DNA of 64,000 bases from Dehalococcoidia bacterium (GCA_965220505.1 CBDCQE010000001.1:1115082-1179081); one strand, 5' to 3'. Positions 33,881-43,106 are shown, counted from the first letter of the stretch. A program made the numbers and translations. Notes: generated from the sequence alone by a model not told the origin.

Positions 33881-34675
33881 TCAGTCGGGGCTCAGCTCAC
33901 AGACAAGGACAGCCCAATGATGGACGAACTTAAGGCGACCCTCTTCGCGGTGGGCCAGCATCCCGGTGGGCGTGCCCCCGGCGATTTCTTCCTCAAACGC
34001 CTGATGAATGGTGGCCCGGACGTCCTCGCCGGTGGCGGTCACGTCCATCCACTCATCGAGGTCACGCACTGCTTTGTTTTCGCTGGTGGTGACGACTCTG
34101 AGCCCGGAGCGCTGCGCCAGGGCGGTCAGATCAGTCAGGCAGAAAGCGGTGGTATGCGACGGATCCCGCAAACGCTCCAGCCGGTTGTGAGTGTCGGCAA
34201 TGGCAGGGTCGTCAGAGACGGTAATGTCCACTATGGTGACCCTGCCGTTTGGCTTGCAGACGCGGCGCATTTCGCCCAGTTCGACTTCGGGGTCTTCAAA
34301 GTGGTGTACGGCGATACGGCTGATGACCAGATCGAAGGAATCGTCGGGATAAGGCAGTGAAGTGGCGTCGCCCTCATCGAAGGTAAGGTTGGCAAAACCG
34401 GAGGCGGCGGCGATCTGACGGGCTTGTGCGAGCATCTCGGGCGTCACGTCGATACCAGTGACGTGAGAGACGTAAGGGGACAGATCCCGCGCCAGAAGAC
34501 CCGTGCCGGTGGCGACATCTAAAACGGTCTCAGATCCGATGGGGCCGAGCGTATCGATGATCCACGGTCCAATCGCGCGGTTGCCTTGACCGCCGATTGA
34601 CTGCTCGAAACGGGAAGATTGGATGCGAAATTGTTCGCGAACCGTTTCGGTGTGACGGCTGTGGTCGGTGGACAT
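33881..34675 (-). CDS. Class I SAM-dependent methyltransferase (Methyltransf_11/25-like)
   Basis: SAM motif I VLDVATGTGLLA and post-I acidic residue GIDVT. The stop of the upstream gene is 3 nt away. Confidence 0.8.
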   Translation of the reverse strand: MSTDHSRHTETVREQFRIQSSRFEQSIGGQGNRAIGPWIIDTLGPIGSETVLDVATGTGLLARDLSPYVSHVTGIDVTPEMLAQARQIAAASGFANLTFDEGDATSLPYPDDSFDLVISRIAVHHFEDPEVELGEMRRVCKPNGRVTIVDITVSDDPAIADTHNRLERLRDPSHTTAFCLTDLTALAQRSGLRVVTTSENKAVRDLDEWMDVTATGEDVRATIHQAFEEEIAGGTPTGMLAHREEGRLKFVHHWAVLVCELSPD

Positions 34676-34678
34676 CGG

Positions 34679-36316
34679 CTAACTCCTGCAGAAGGTGGGG
34701 AAGCCGTCGGGCATGACAACTTCGATGAGATGGATGCGGTCGGTGGTTACGGCGTCCTGGACGGCGCGGGTCATTTCGGAAACGTTGCGGACCTGGGTGC
34801 CGCCGATGCCGTAAGCGTCCGCGAGTTTCATGAAGTCGGGGTTGACCAGATCCGTCGCCATCTGTCGACTTCCGCGATCACGTTGATAGCCTTTGAGGAC
34901 GCCCCAAGCGTTGTCGTTGAAAACCATTACGACGGGGTTGATGCCGTATTGGACGGCGGTGCCAAGTTCCTGGGCGTTGTACTGAAAGCCACCGTCTCCG
35001 GATACGCAGATTACGGGGCTACCGGGCCGGCCAACTTTGGCTCCCATGGAGGCGGGGAAGGCGAAGCCCAGGCCGGCCCAGCCGTGGGGGTACATGTAGC
35101 TGCGGGGCCGGTCCATCTGGAGGCAACGCACGGCGCGGTTGGCCGGGACGGTGGCATCAAGGGAGAAGATGGTGTCGTCAGGAATAACCGAGCGGATCGA
35201 TTCCCACGCGCGCAGTTCGGGGCCCCACTGTTCCTGCAGGCCGGAGTAAATGCTGGCCTTCAGGTCGGCGATTTCCCGTTGATAGTCATTGCTGGTGCCG
35301 AGATCGTCACCGGCGGCGCTGAGGAACTGGCGGACCACCGCCCCACTGTTGGCAGCGATACCGACCTCGGTGTCGTAGTTCTTGCCGATATAGTCCTCGT
35401 CCAACAGGACGTGGACGATCTTTTCGGGGAGCTTGACGCCAACCCCGGCAGTCGAGCGGTAGGGCAGGTTGCTGCCCAGCACCAGCGCGACGTCGCAGTC
35501 ACCCATCCAATCCAGCACCGGATTTTGACCCCAGATGCGGTTGCCCAAGGCCATGCCCAGGGACAGAGGATGGCTTTCGGGGAAAGTGCCCTTGGCGCCA
35601 TCGCCGGTTACCACGGGAGCGCCGATCTTTTCGGCCAGGCGGATTATGTCATCCGCCCCGCCGGTGGTATGGATCTCTTCGCCGAGGAAGATCACGGGGC
35701 GTTTGGCGTTGCGAAGCAAATTCCAGGCGCGTTCCACCTGTACCGGGTCACCCTGGGGGACGTCCGGGTCGCGCGGCCGGAGCACCTCGACCTCCGCCTG
35801 CTGGCCGAGCAGGTCGGTGGGCACCTCGAGCTCGATGGGGCGGGGACGGCGTTCACCGAAGCGGACGAACGCCTCGACGAAGTGGTCCGGGATGGACTCG
35901 ATCTGATCGATGCGAGCGTTCCAGTCGGTAACGGCCGCGAACATGCCCAACTGGTCCTTGGTCTCATGGGTGGCCATCTTGCCGCTGCCCACGAACTCGG
36001 CTTCGACGTTGGTGGTCACCTGAAGGATGGATGAAGCGGAGAAATAGGCCTCGCCCATCGCGCCGACCGAATCGGCAGCGCCCGGGCCGGTGCTGGTCAG
36101 GATAACCCCGGGGCGTCCAGTGGCGCGCGAATAGCCGTCTGCCATGTAGCCGCAGCCCAACTCGAGCCGGCCGCCGATGAAACGCACGTCATCCTGCTTG
36201 TCAAACAGGGCATCGAAGAGGTCGAGGGTATGGACGGAGATGATGCCGAACACAGTGTCGACACCCTGGGCCTGGAGAGACGCGACCACAGCCTGGCCGC
36301 CGGTCATCTGGGGCAT
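34679..36316 (-). CDS. Thiamine-pyrophosphate-dependent enzyme, acetolactate synthase large-subunit-like (paralog 3 of 3)
   Basis: MTGGQAVVASLQAQGVDTVFGI N-terminal domain. GDGGFQYNAQELGT...NDNAWG TPP-binding motif. It starts 28 nt after the E2 stop. Confidence 0.85.
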   Translation of the reverse strand: MPQMTGGQAVVASLQAQGVDTVFGIISVHTLDLFDALFDKQDDVRFIGGRLELGCGYMADGYSRATGRPGVILTSTGPGAADSVGAMGEAYFSASSILQVTTNVEAEFVGSGKMATHETKDQLGMFAAVTDWNARIDQIESIPDHFVEAFVRFGERRPRPIELEVPTDLLGQQAEVEVLRPRDPDVPQGDPVQVERAWNLLRNAKRPVIFLGEEIHTTGGADDIIRLAEKIGAPVVTGDGAKGTFPESHPLSLGMALGNRIWGQNPVLDWMGDCDVALVLGSNLPYRSTAGVGVKLPEKIVHVLLDEDYIGKNYDTEVGIAANSGAVVRQFLSAAGDDLGTSNDYQREIADLKASIYSGLQEQWGPELRAWESIRSVIPDDTIFSLDATVPANRAVRCLQMDRPRSYMYPHGWAGLGFAFPASMGAKVGRPGSPVICVSGDGGFQYNAQELGTAVQYGINPVVMVFNDNAWGVLKGYQRDRGSRQMATDLVNPDFMKLADAYGIGGTQVRNVSEMTRAVQDAVTTDRIHLIEVVMPDGFPTFCRS

Positions 36317-36344
36317 GGTTAGAGCTCCGTGGGTTCGCCGGGGA

Positions 36345-37577
36345 TTAGAGCAGAAGGCTGACCGGGTTTTCGAGGACGCGCTTAATTTCCATCAGGAACT
36401 GGGCCGCCTCGGCGCCGTCGGCAACGCGGTGGTCGGTGGAAAGGGTCGCCTTCATCATGGTTCCGACCGCGATCTCGCCACCGCGGACGACGGGCTGCTG
36501 CTTGACGCTCCCCACCGCCAGGATCGCGGCGTGGGGCGGGTAGATGATGGCGGTGAAGCTTTCGACGTCGAACATGCCCATATTGCTGATGCTGAACGTC
36601 GTACTGCTGTATTCCTCGTTGCGCAGGGTGCCGCTGTTGGCGCGGGCGATGAGGTCCTTGGTGGCAGCTGCAATCTGGAGCAGGCTCTTGCCCTCGCAGT
36701 TGCTGACGCCGGGCAGGATCAGGCCGGACTCCAAAGCGATGGCGATACCGATGTTCATCGCGCCGTGGACTTCCAGATGGTCGCCGCGGTAGAAGGAATT
36801 GAACTTGGGATGGTTGACCAACGCCAGGGCACAGGCCTTGACCATCAGGTCGTTGACGCTGACCCGGTTCTCCGGGTCGGCGGCATCGTTCACGTCGCGA
36901 CGCATGGACATTGCTTTTTCCATGTCGATCTCGGCGGTGACGTAGAAATGGGGAGCGGTGGATTTGCTGTCCGAGGTGACCCGGGCGATGGTCTGGCGCA
37001 TCCGGCTGAGTTCGATGCGCGAATCAGCGGGGGCAGCAACGGGCTCCGCGGAGATTGCGGGCGCGGGAGCAGGAGCGGGTTCGGCGGCGGCGGCCGGGGC
37101 CTGGAAGCTTTCCACGTCCCGCTCGGTGATGCGACCGTTGGGGCCGGTGCCAGTGACCAGAGACAGGTCGATGCCGCGCTCGCGGGCCAGACGGCGGGCG
37201 ATGGGGGATGCGCGCACTTCACCATTCGGTGAGGGCGCCGCCGCCGCCGGTTGCGGGTCGGCAGGCGCCGGGGCTGGCGCATGAGCCGGGGCCGCTGCCG
37301 GGCTGGCGGCGGGGGCTGCCGCCTCTGGCACAGCCTCGCCGGGTTCAGTGATTATGGCGATCAACTCTCCGACGGGGACCGCAACGCCGGCTTCCGCCAC
37401 GATACGGCCCAGAACTCCGCCGGTGTAGGCCTCGAATTCGACCGTGGCCTTGTCGGTTTCGATGTCGGCGATGACCTCGCCGCGGTCGACGGTCTCGCCC
37501 TCCTGCTTGTACCAGCGGACGACGGTGCCTTCGCGCATATCGTATCCCATCTGGGGCATGACGACGTTGGTAGCCAC
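36345..37577 (-). CDS. Dihydrolipoamide acyltransferase (E2) of a 2-oxoacid dehydrogenase complex
   Basis: Lipoyl domain (VMPQMGYDMREGTVVRW...IETDKATVE), Ala/Pro linker, PSBD (SPIARRLARERGIDL) and catalytic DHRVADG. GTG start at 37577 with RBS AGGAGA. The 522-aa listed ORF is an upstream extension. Confidence 0.88.
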   Translation of the reverse strand: MATNVVMPQMGYDMREGTVVRWYKQEGETVDRGEVIADIETDKATVEFEAYTGGVLGRIVAEAGVAVPVGELIAIITEPGEAVPEAAAPAASPAAAPAHAPAPAPADPQPAAAAPSPNGEVRASPIARRLARERGIDLSLVTGTGPNGRITERDVESFQAPAAAAEPAPAPAPAISAEPVAAPADSRIELSRMRQTIARVTSDSKSTAPHFYVTAEIDMEKAMSMRRDVNDAADPENRVSVNDLMVKACALALVNHPKFNSFYRGDHLEVHGAMNIGIAIALESGLILPGVSNCEGKSLLQIAAATKDLIARANSGTLRNEEYSSTTFSISNMGMFDVESFTAIIYPPHAAILAVGSVKQQPVVRGGEIAVGTMMKATLSTDHRVADGAEAAQFLMEIKRVLENPVSLLL

Positions 37578-37639
37578 GATGTTCTCCTGTGGATTGCTAG
37601 TGTCGAGGGGTATCGCCGGCTCGGAACGACCGACGAGGT

Positions 37640-38623
37640 TCAAGCGCCGTTGACAAGTTTGCGGGCGGCCGCAGCGACCGATTCGGCGCTGGGGATGGCC
37701 ATCTGCTCGAGGGGGAAAGAGTAGGGAATCGGGACTTCCGCGCCGGCGACGCGGCCCACCGGAGCGTCCAGGTACTCGAAGGCCTCTTCCTGCACCTGGG
37801 ACACCAACTCGCCGGCGAAACCGCCCAGGCGGGTAGTTTCCTCGACCATCAGGGCCCGGTGGGTCTTCTTGACCGAAGCGACGACGGTTTCCATATCCAG
37901 CGGGCGGAGGCAACGCAGGTCGATCACGTCGGCCTCAATGCCTTCCTGGGCGAGGACGGCGGCCGCCTGCTCGGCGACGAGCGCCATGCGGGAATAGCCG
38001 CAGAGCGTGATGTCGCCACCGGTGCGGCGCACATCAGCCTGGCCGATGGGAATGCGGAAGTCGCCGGTATCCGGAGCCTCGCCGCGGGTGCCGTAGAGGA
38101 GGATATGCTCGACGAACATGACCGGATCGTTGAGTTCGCGACAGGATCGGAAAAGGCCGATGACGTCGCGGGGCGTGGACGGGGTGACGACGGTGAGCCC
38201 GGGAACGGAGGCGTACCACCCCTCGAAGGACTGGGAGTGGGTCGCGCCCACCGAAGCGCCGGCGCCGGTCACGGTGCGGATGATCAACGGGATCGAGAAC
38301 TGGCCACCCGACATGTACCTGATCTTGGCGGCGTGGTTCACGATCTGGTCCATGGCCAGGAGGCTGAAGTTGATGGTCATCAACTCGACCACGGGACGCA
38401 GGCCAGCCATGGCAGCGCCCACGCCGGCGCCGACGATGACCGATTCGGCGAGGGGAGAGTCCTTGATGCGTTTCTTGCCGTACTGCTCCCAGAAGCCCTT
38501 GGTGACGGCAAACGCGCCGCCGTAGGGTCCGATGTCCTCGCCCATGAGGAAGACGCGGTCGTCCTGGTCCAGGGCCTCCCTGAGGACCGACGAAACGGCG
38601 TCGCGATAAGTGATGACCGACAT
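37640..38623 (-). CDS. 2-oxoacid dehydrogenase E1 component beta subunit
   Basis: ITYRDAVSSVLREALDQDDRVFLMGEDIG...GG. Transketolase-like pyrimidine and C-terminal domains. Length is 327 aa. Confidence 0.9.
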   Translation of the reverse strand: MSVITYRDAVSSVLREALDQDDRVFLMGEDIGPYGGAFAVTKGFWEQYGKKRIKDSPLAESVIVGAGVGAAMAGLRPVVELMTINFSLLAMDQIVNHAAKIRYMSGGQFSIPLIIRTVTGAGASVGATHSQSFEGWYASVPGLTVVTPSTPRDVIGLFRSCRELNDPVMFVEHILLYGTRGEAPDTGDFRIPIGQADVRRTGGDITLCGYSRMALVAEQAAAVLAQEGIEADVIDLRCLRPLDMETVVASVKKTHRALMVEETTRLGGFAGELVSQVQEEAFEYLDAPVGRVAGAEVPIPYSFPLEQMAIPSAESVAAAARKLVNGA

Positions 38624-38653
38624 GATGGTTCCTCTCGCCTGGGGCTGTTGGTG

Positions 38654-39661
38654 TTACGCGGGGATACCTTCAGTCGGTCGATCAGTGTAGACGTGATCGT
38701 AGAGGTCGGCGGGTTCGGGCCAGGGGGATGACTCGCCGAACTCGGCCGCGACGACGATCTCTTCGTCGACGCTGGCGTCGATCTCCTCGAAGTCTTCGAC
38801 GGTAGCGATGCCCTCGTCAGTCAACCAATCGCGGTAGCGCGGTATCGGGTCCTGGCCGGCCCAGTACGAGACCTCGTCCTCGGGGCGGTAGTTAGCAGGG
38901 TCGGCGACGGAGTGGCCACGCAGGCGGTAGGTGCGAGCGACCACGAAGGCCGGGCCGCTACCGGAGCGGACTTCGGCGTTGATCTTCTGCATCAATGCCC
39001 TGACCTCGAGGACGTCGTTGCCGTCCACCTCGTAGCGGGACATGCCGTAGGCGGCAGCCATCTCGTGCAGGGAATCCCACATGACGAGGGTTTCCTTGGA
39101 AGAGGCGCCCATGCCATACAGGTTATGTTCACAGAAGAATATGACGGGGAGTTTCCAGATGGCGGCGAGGTTCATGGCTTCGTGGAACTCGCCTTCGTTG
39201 ACGGCGCCGTCACCGAAGAAGCACAGGACCACCTGGTCATCGCCGCGATATTGAACGGCGAGGGCGATGCCGGAGGCGATGCAGAGCTGTCCACCGACGA
39301 TGGCGTAGCCGCCCATGAAGTTCAGCTCGGAGCTGAACAGGTGCATGGAGCCGCCCTTGCCCTTGCTGCAGCCGGTGACCTTGCCCATCAACTCCGCCAT
39401 GACTTCGTTGCTGGTCATGCCGCGGGCGAGGGCCTGGCCGTGGTCGCGGTAATGGGTGACGATGTAATCGTCGGGGCGCAGGGTGTTGATGGCTCCGACG
39501 GCGATGGCTTCCTCGCCGTTGTAGACGTGAAGGAAACCCTTGATGTTGCCTCGGGTGTACTGCCGTTCCGACTCTCGCTCAAACTCTCGAATGAGCTTCA
39601 TCTGCCGGTAAAAACCGAGCAGGTCGGATTTGTCAAGTTCGGGGACGTCCGCTCTCAGCAT
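38654..39661 (-). CDS. 2-oxoacid dehydrogenase E1 component alpha subunit (TPP-binding)
   Basis: YRQMKLIREFE...GFLHVYNGEEA...GDGAVNEGEFHEAMN. RBS GAGGAAGG. Confidence 0.9.
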   Translation of the reverse strand: MLRADVPELDKSDLLGFYRQMKLIREFERESERQYTRGNIKGFLHVYNGEEAIAVGAINTLRPDDYIVTHYRDHGQALARGMTSNEVMAELMGKVTGCSKGKGGSMHLFSSELNFMGGYAIVGGQLCIASGIALAVQYRGDDQVVLCFFGDGAVNEGEFHEAMNLAAIWKLPVIFFCEHNLYGMGASSKETLVMWDSLHEMAAAYGMSRYEVDGNDVLEVRALMQKINAEVRSGSGPAFVVARTYRLRGHSVADPANYRPEDEVSYWAGQDPIPRYRDWLTDEGIATVEDFEEIDASVDEEIVVAAEFGESSPWPEPADLYDHVYTDRPTEGIPA

Positions 39662-39723
39662 ATCCCTTCCTCAGTGGCAGATTTGCGGCGCCGCCCGGCA
39701 CGGGGCGGCGTCTGCGCGCCGGT

Positions 39724-41124
39724 TTACATGTGCAGGGCGCGGCCCTCGGCGTCGAGGGCGGCTTCGTGCACCATCTCGGCGACGCTGGGGTGCGCGTGGA
39801 CGGCCCAGCCCAGTTCCAGCGTGGTGCCTTCCAGCAGGTGGGTCATCTGCAGTTCGGCCAGAAGTTCGGTGACCTCCGGGCCGCACATGTGGCCTCCCAA
39901 CACCTCGCCGTAGTTGGCGTCGATGACCAATTTGACCATACCGTCATTTTCGCCCATGGCGACGGCCTTGCCGCTGGCCTGGACGTTGAAGCGGCCGATC
40001 TTGACGTCGTAGCCCTGCTCTTTGGCCTGGGCCTCGGTGAGACCGAACGAGGCGACCTGGGGGTGGCAATAGGTGGCACGGGGCATGAAGGTGTAGTCCA
40101 GCGGCTGGGTCTCCTCGCCGGCGATGGACTCCACGGCGGTTACGCCCTGCGCTGACGCCACGTGCGCGAGAGCCAGCTTGCCGGTGACATCACCCACGGC
40201 GTAGATGCCCGGCACGTTGGTGGCCATCTTGTCGTCGATAACGACGTATCCTCGTTCGGTGGCCACGCCGACGGTTTCCAGACCGATATCCTCGGTGTTG
40301 GGGAGAACGCCAATGGCTACGAGAACTTTGTCGAACCGCGCGGTCTCGGTTACGCCGTCCTTGTCGATGGTCAGGGTCACCCCGTTCGCGTCGGCCCGGG
40401 CATTGGTTACGCCGGCTCCGGTGATCGCCTTGATGCCGTGGCGGTTGAAGGCGCGCTCCAGTTGCTGGCAAATTTCCTCGTCCTCGTTGGGCACGAGATG
40501 GGGCAGCAACTCGATGACGGTGACCTCGGCTCCGTACATGCGGTAGATGTACGCGAACTCTACGCCGATGGCGCCACCGCCGACGATGGCAATGGAATCG
40601 GGCACATCCTCGGCGACGATGCTTTCGCGGCTGGTGATGATGCGCTCGCCGTCGACCGGAAGGGGCGGAATGCTGCGGGGTCGCGCTCCGGTGGCGATGA
40701 TGATGTTGCGGGCCGAAATCCGGGTGGCCTGGCCGTCGGCGCCGGTGACCTCGACCGCGTTGGGGGTGGTGATGCGGGCGGTGCCGGCGATGCTGTCGAC
40801 GCCGTTCTTGCGGAGGAGGAAGTCGACGCCGCGGGTCATGCGGTCGACGACCTGCCGGCTGCGCTTCATCGCGACGCTGTAGTCGGCGCGGAAGTTATCG
40901 AATTGCAGGCCGAATTGATCGGCACGGTGGACGTAGGAGACGATCTCGGCGTTTTTGAGGAGAGCTTTGGAGGGAATGCAGCCCCAATTGAGGCATACAC
41001 CGCCCAGCGCTTCTTTTTCGATGACGCAGGACTTGAGACCCAATTGACCGGCTCGTATGCCGGCCACATAGCCGCCGGGCCCGCCGCCAATTACTGCTAC
41101 GTCATACTCCGAAACGGTCGTCAT
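39724..41124 (-). CDS. lpd: Dihydrolipoyl dehydrogenase (E3)
   Basis: YDVAVIGGGPGGY and the redox-active GGVCLNWGCIPSK disulfide motif. The C-terminal HAHPSVAE dimerisation/His-Glu motif is present. Confidence 0.92.
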   Translation of the reverse strand: MTTVSEYDVAVIGGGPGGYVAGIRAGQLGLKSCVIEKEALGGVCLNWGCIPSKALLKNAEIVSYVHRADQFGLQFDNFRADYSVAMKRSRQVVDRMTRGVDFLLRKNGVDSIAGTARITTPNAVEVTGADGQATRISARNIIIATGARPRSIPPLPVDGERIITSRESIVAEDVPDSIAIVGGGAIGVEFAYIYRMYGAEVTVIELLPHLVPNEDEEICQQLERAFNRHGIKAITGAGVTNARADANGVTLTIDKDGVTETARFDKVLVAIGVLPNTEDIGLETVGVATERGYVVIDDKMATNVPGIYAVGDVTGKLALAHVASAQGVTAVESIAGEETQPLDYTFMPRATYCHPQVASFGLTEAQAKEQGYDVKIGRFNVQASGKAVAMGENDGMVKLVIDANYGEVLGGHMCGPEVTELLAELQMTHLLEGTTLELGWAVHAHPSVAEMVHEAALDAEGRALHM

Positions 41125-41258
41125 CAATCTGTCCGGATAGGTGGATTGTTCGAGCGTAACGCGCCCCGCATCTGGCTTGCGCCGCTATGGCGGGGGCTGC
41201 GCGCGGACTTTGGCATTATAGCGGCGGCATTGGACAGCGGCAAGTTGGGGCGAACCGA

Positions 41259-41296
41259 GATCGGCCGCCCCCTCCAAGATGAGGGGGCGGCCGATT
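41259..41296 (-). terminator. Strong 15-16 bp GC hairpin downstream of the extended FTR-like gene (putative terminator, weak U-tract)
   Basis: GATCGGCCGCCCCCTC-caagat-GAGGGGGCGGCCGAT(T). It lies 40 nt past the TGA at 41336-41338. Confidence 0.5.
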
Positions 41297-41335
41297 TCCA
41301 CGGGCAGAGCCCGTTTGAGACGTACTTCCGGCGGG

Positions 41336-41761
41336 TCAGGACGGGCGGTTGCGACGCTCTTCCTCACGTTCCTCGGCCTTGTGGCGCAACGGACGACCCT
41401 TGTCCGGTGTGGGGTCTTTCACCTCGCCATATATGGCGCGGCCTTCGTGGTCCTCGGGTAGATATTCGGTGATGGGCAGACCTGCCTCATTCACGAAAAG
41501 CAGTCAATGACAGTACTTGTAGATCTGCATATCGTCGCAGGCGCAAATCCACGTGCGGTGCTTGACCTCCTCCTGCTTGCACGGGTAGAAGCGACAGGGA
41601 CAGAGTGGGCGGCCGATTTCGTCGACGTTCTGGGCCAAACCCAGGATCACGGCTTCGGCGACGCCTTCTTCCGGATGTGTGAATGTGCCGGATTTTTCGC
41701 AATATCGCTCTACAAAAAGGCGCATCCGGGCTATTGATTTTTCGCTGGGCTGGTCAGCCAC
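41336..41761 (-). CDS. Ferredoxin:thioredoxin reductase catalytic-subunit-like protein with in-frame UGA (predicted selenocysteine U86; CPC...CAC...CH-U)
   Basis: GTG 41761 follows RBS GAGGAGGA. The translation is ...GRPLCPCRFYPCKQEEVKHRTWICACDDMQIYKYCH-TGA-LLFVNEAGLPITEY...RNRPS*. The TGA (41506..41504) sits at the third position of the CHC motif. The same frame is open for 52 further codons. A SECIS-like hairpin follows, and selC is in the window. Confidence 0.75.
41469..41494 (-). promoter_or_regulatory. Bacterial SECIS-like stem-loop 9 nt downstream of the UGA
   Basis: The mRNA reads GUGAAUGAGGCAGGUCUGCCCAUCAC. It forms an ~11-bp stem with two bulged A residues and an apical GGUC loop. 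The core GCAGGUCUGC is identical to the E. coli fdhF SECIS apex as I recall it (GGUUGCAGGUCUGCACC). The loop GU lies 23-24 nt after the UGA, compared with 20-21 nt in fdhF. Confidence 0.65.
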
Positions 41762-41972
41762 TTGGGTCCTCCTCAGGTTGCAAGGTTGTCGGGCGCAATG
41801 ACGGCCTGGCGACAACCCAGTTTCTTGTACAGATGTTAGTAGGGTCTGATGGATTCTGCAACGTTCGCGACGGTCTGATCAGGGATCAGTTCCCAAGGCC
41901 GGCCGAATTTCCCCGTGATGGTATCATGAGCCGGATGAATTTACGGTCCGCAATAAATGGCGAGGCAATGAA

Positions 41973-42710
41973 ATGACCACCAAACCGACCTCGCGTTCGC
42001 TATCGTCGGCCGATCTGATCGCCCTCTACCCGCCCAATGAGGAGCCACTGCCCGACGCGATGACCCAGGAACCCTATATCACCGACAGCCTGTACCTGGC
42101 GAGGGACTACTTTCGAGGTCGTTCCGATGTGTTTATGAGCTCCAACACCTTCATTTACTACGATGAAGGCAATCGCCGCGCACACGTGGCCCCGGACTGG
42201 TACGTGTCCTTCGGAGTAGATCCGCAGACTATCCGGGAGATCGAATCGTATTTGCTTTGGATAGTGGGGAAGCCGCCGGAGTTCGTGCTGGAGATCGCCT
42301 CCCCTTCGACCTACCGCAACGACCTGGGCTGGAAGCGGGACCTGTACGCCCGGCTCGGAGTGCAGGAATACTGGCGGTACGACCCGAGAGGGGGCGAACT
42401 GTACGGCGAGCCGCTGGTGGGCGAGGAGTTGGTGGACGGAGCGTATCGCCGGCTGGAGGTTCACCGGGCGGCGGAGGGACGGGTCTGGGGTCGGAGCGCC
42501 GTATTGGGCCTGGACATCTACTGGGGAGAGGAGCAGGTGGAATTCGCGGATTCGGCTACCGGGGAACCGCTGCGGCGCATCGCGGAAGAAAGAGCGGCCC
42601 GGGAAGCGGCGGAGGCGGCGCTGGAAGCTGAACGGGCGGCTCTGCAAGATGAGCGTGCCGCTCGGCTAGAACTTGAGGCGGAACTGCGCCGCTTGCGTCA
42701 ATCGCAGTAA
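41973..42710 (+). CDS. Uma2 family (DUF820) PD-(D/E)xK endonuclease with Ala/Glu/Arg-rich coiled-coil tail
   Basis: PDAMTQEPYITDSLYL...APDWYVSFGV...PEFVLEIASPST...KRDLYARLGVQEYWRYDP. The C-terminus is EERAAREAAEAALEAERAALQDERAARLELEAELRRLR. Confidence 0.8.
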   Translation: MTTKPTSRSLSSADLIALYPPNEEPLPDAMTQEPYITDSLYLARDYFRGRSDVFMSSNTFIYYDEGNRRAHVAPDWYVSFGVDPQTIREIESYLLWIVGKPPEFVLEIASPSTYRNDLGWKRDLYARLGVQEYWRYDPRGGELYGEPLVGEELVDGAYRRLEVHRAAEGRVWGRSAVLGLDIYWGEEQVEFADSATGEPLRRIAEERAAREAAEAALEAERAALQDERAARLELEAELRRLRQSQ

Positions 42711-42848
42711 CGGTTCGGTTCTGAGGAGATTGCCGCGGCCCAAGCGTCTCGCAGTGACTTTGGAAAGGCCCTGAACGACAGCTTGCGCAAATGGTGAGGC
42801 GCTGAGCGTTCTGATAGAATGGACGCACCCACGTGGAGACAGAGCGAC

Positions 42849-43043
42849 ATGCGCATTGCGGGACTTGGCCTGACCGAACTACTGATTATCCTGTTGGTGG
42901 TGCTGCTGATATTCGGCGCCTCCCGGTTGCCGGGCGTGGGCTCCGCGCTGGGCAAGGGAATACGATCGTTCAAGACCTCGGTGACGGGGGAGGACGACAA
43001 GCCGACGGCGGACCGGAGCGCCTCGGAAGAGCAGCGCTCGTAA
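42849..43043 (+). CDS. tatA: Twin-arginine translocase subunit TatA/E
   Basis: MRIAGLGLTELLIILLVVLLIFGASRLPGVGSALGKGIRSFK (TM helix, FG hinge, amphipathic helix). RBS GGAGA. Confidence 0.85.
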   Translation: MRIAGLGLTELLIILLVVLLIFGASRLPGVGSALGKGIRSFKTSVTGEDDKPTADRSASEEQRS

Positions 43044-43071
43044 AACGCCGCAGGACAATCAACTGAATTCG

Positions 43072-43100
43072 CGGGCTCGCCGATGGCGGGCCCGTTTCAT
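43072..43100 (+). terminator. Hairpin terminator between convergent tatA and tatC
   Basis: CGGGCTCGCC (43072-43081) / GGCGGGCCCG (43085-43094) with one G-U pair, followed by TTTCATT. Confidence 0.55.
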
Positions 43101-43106
43101 TGTGCG

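Noticed and set aside
36345-37913. The listed 522-aa version of the E2 gene. Similar N-terminal extensions occur in ORFs 56430..57260, 47617..48786, 7384..9126, 17278..17748 and 17865..18866.
   Set aside because: The extensions are Arg/Pro-rich, overlap upstream genes or repeats, and lack homology. Internal starts with good Shine-Dalgarno sequences match the expected protein N-termini.
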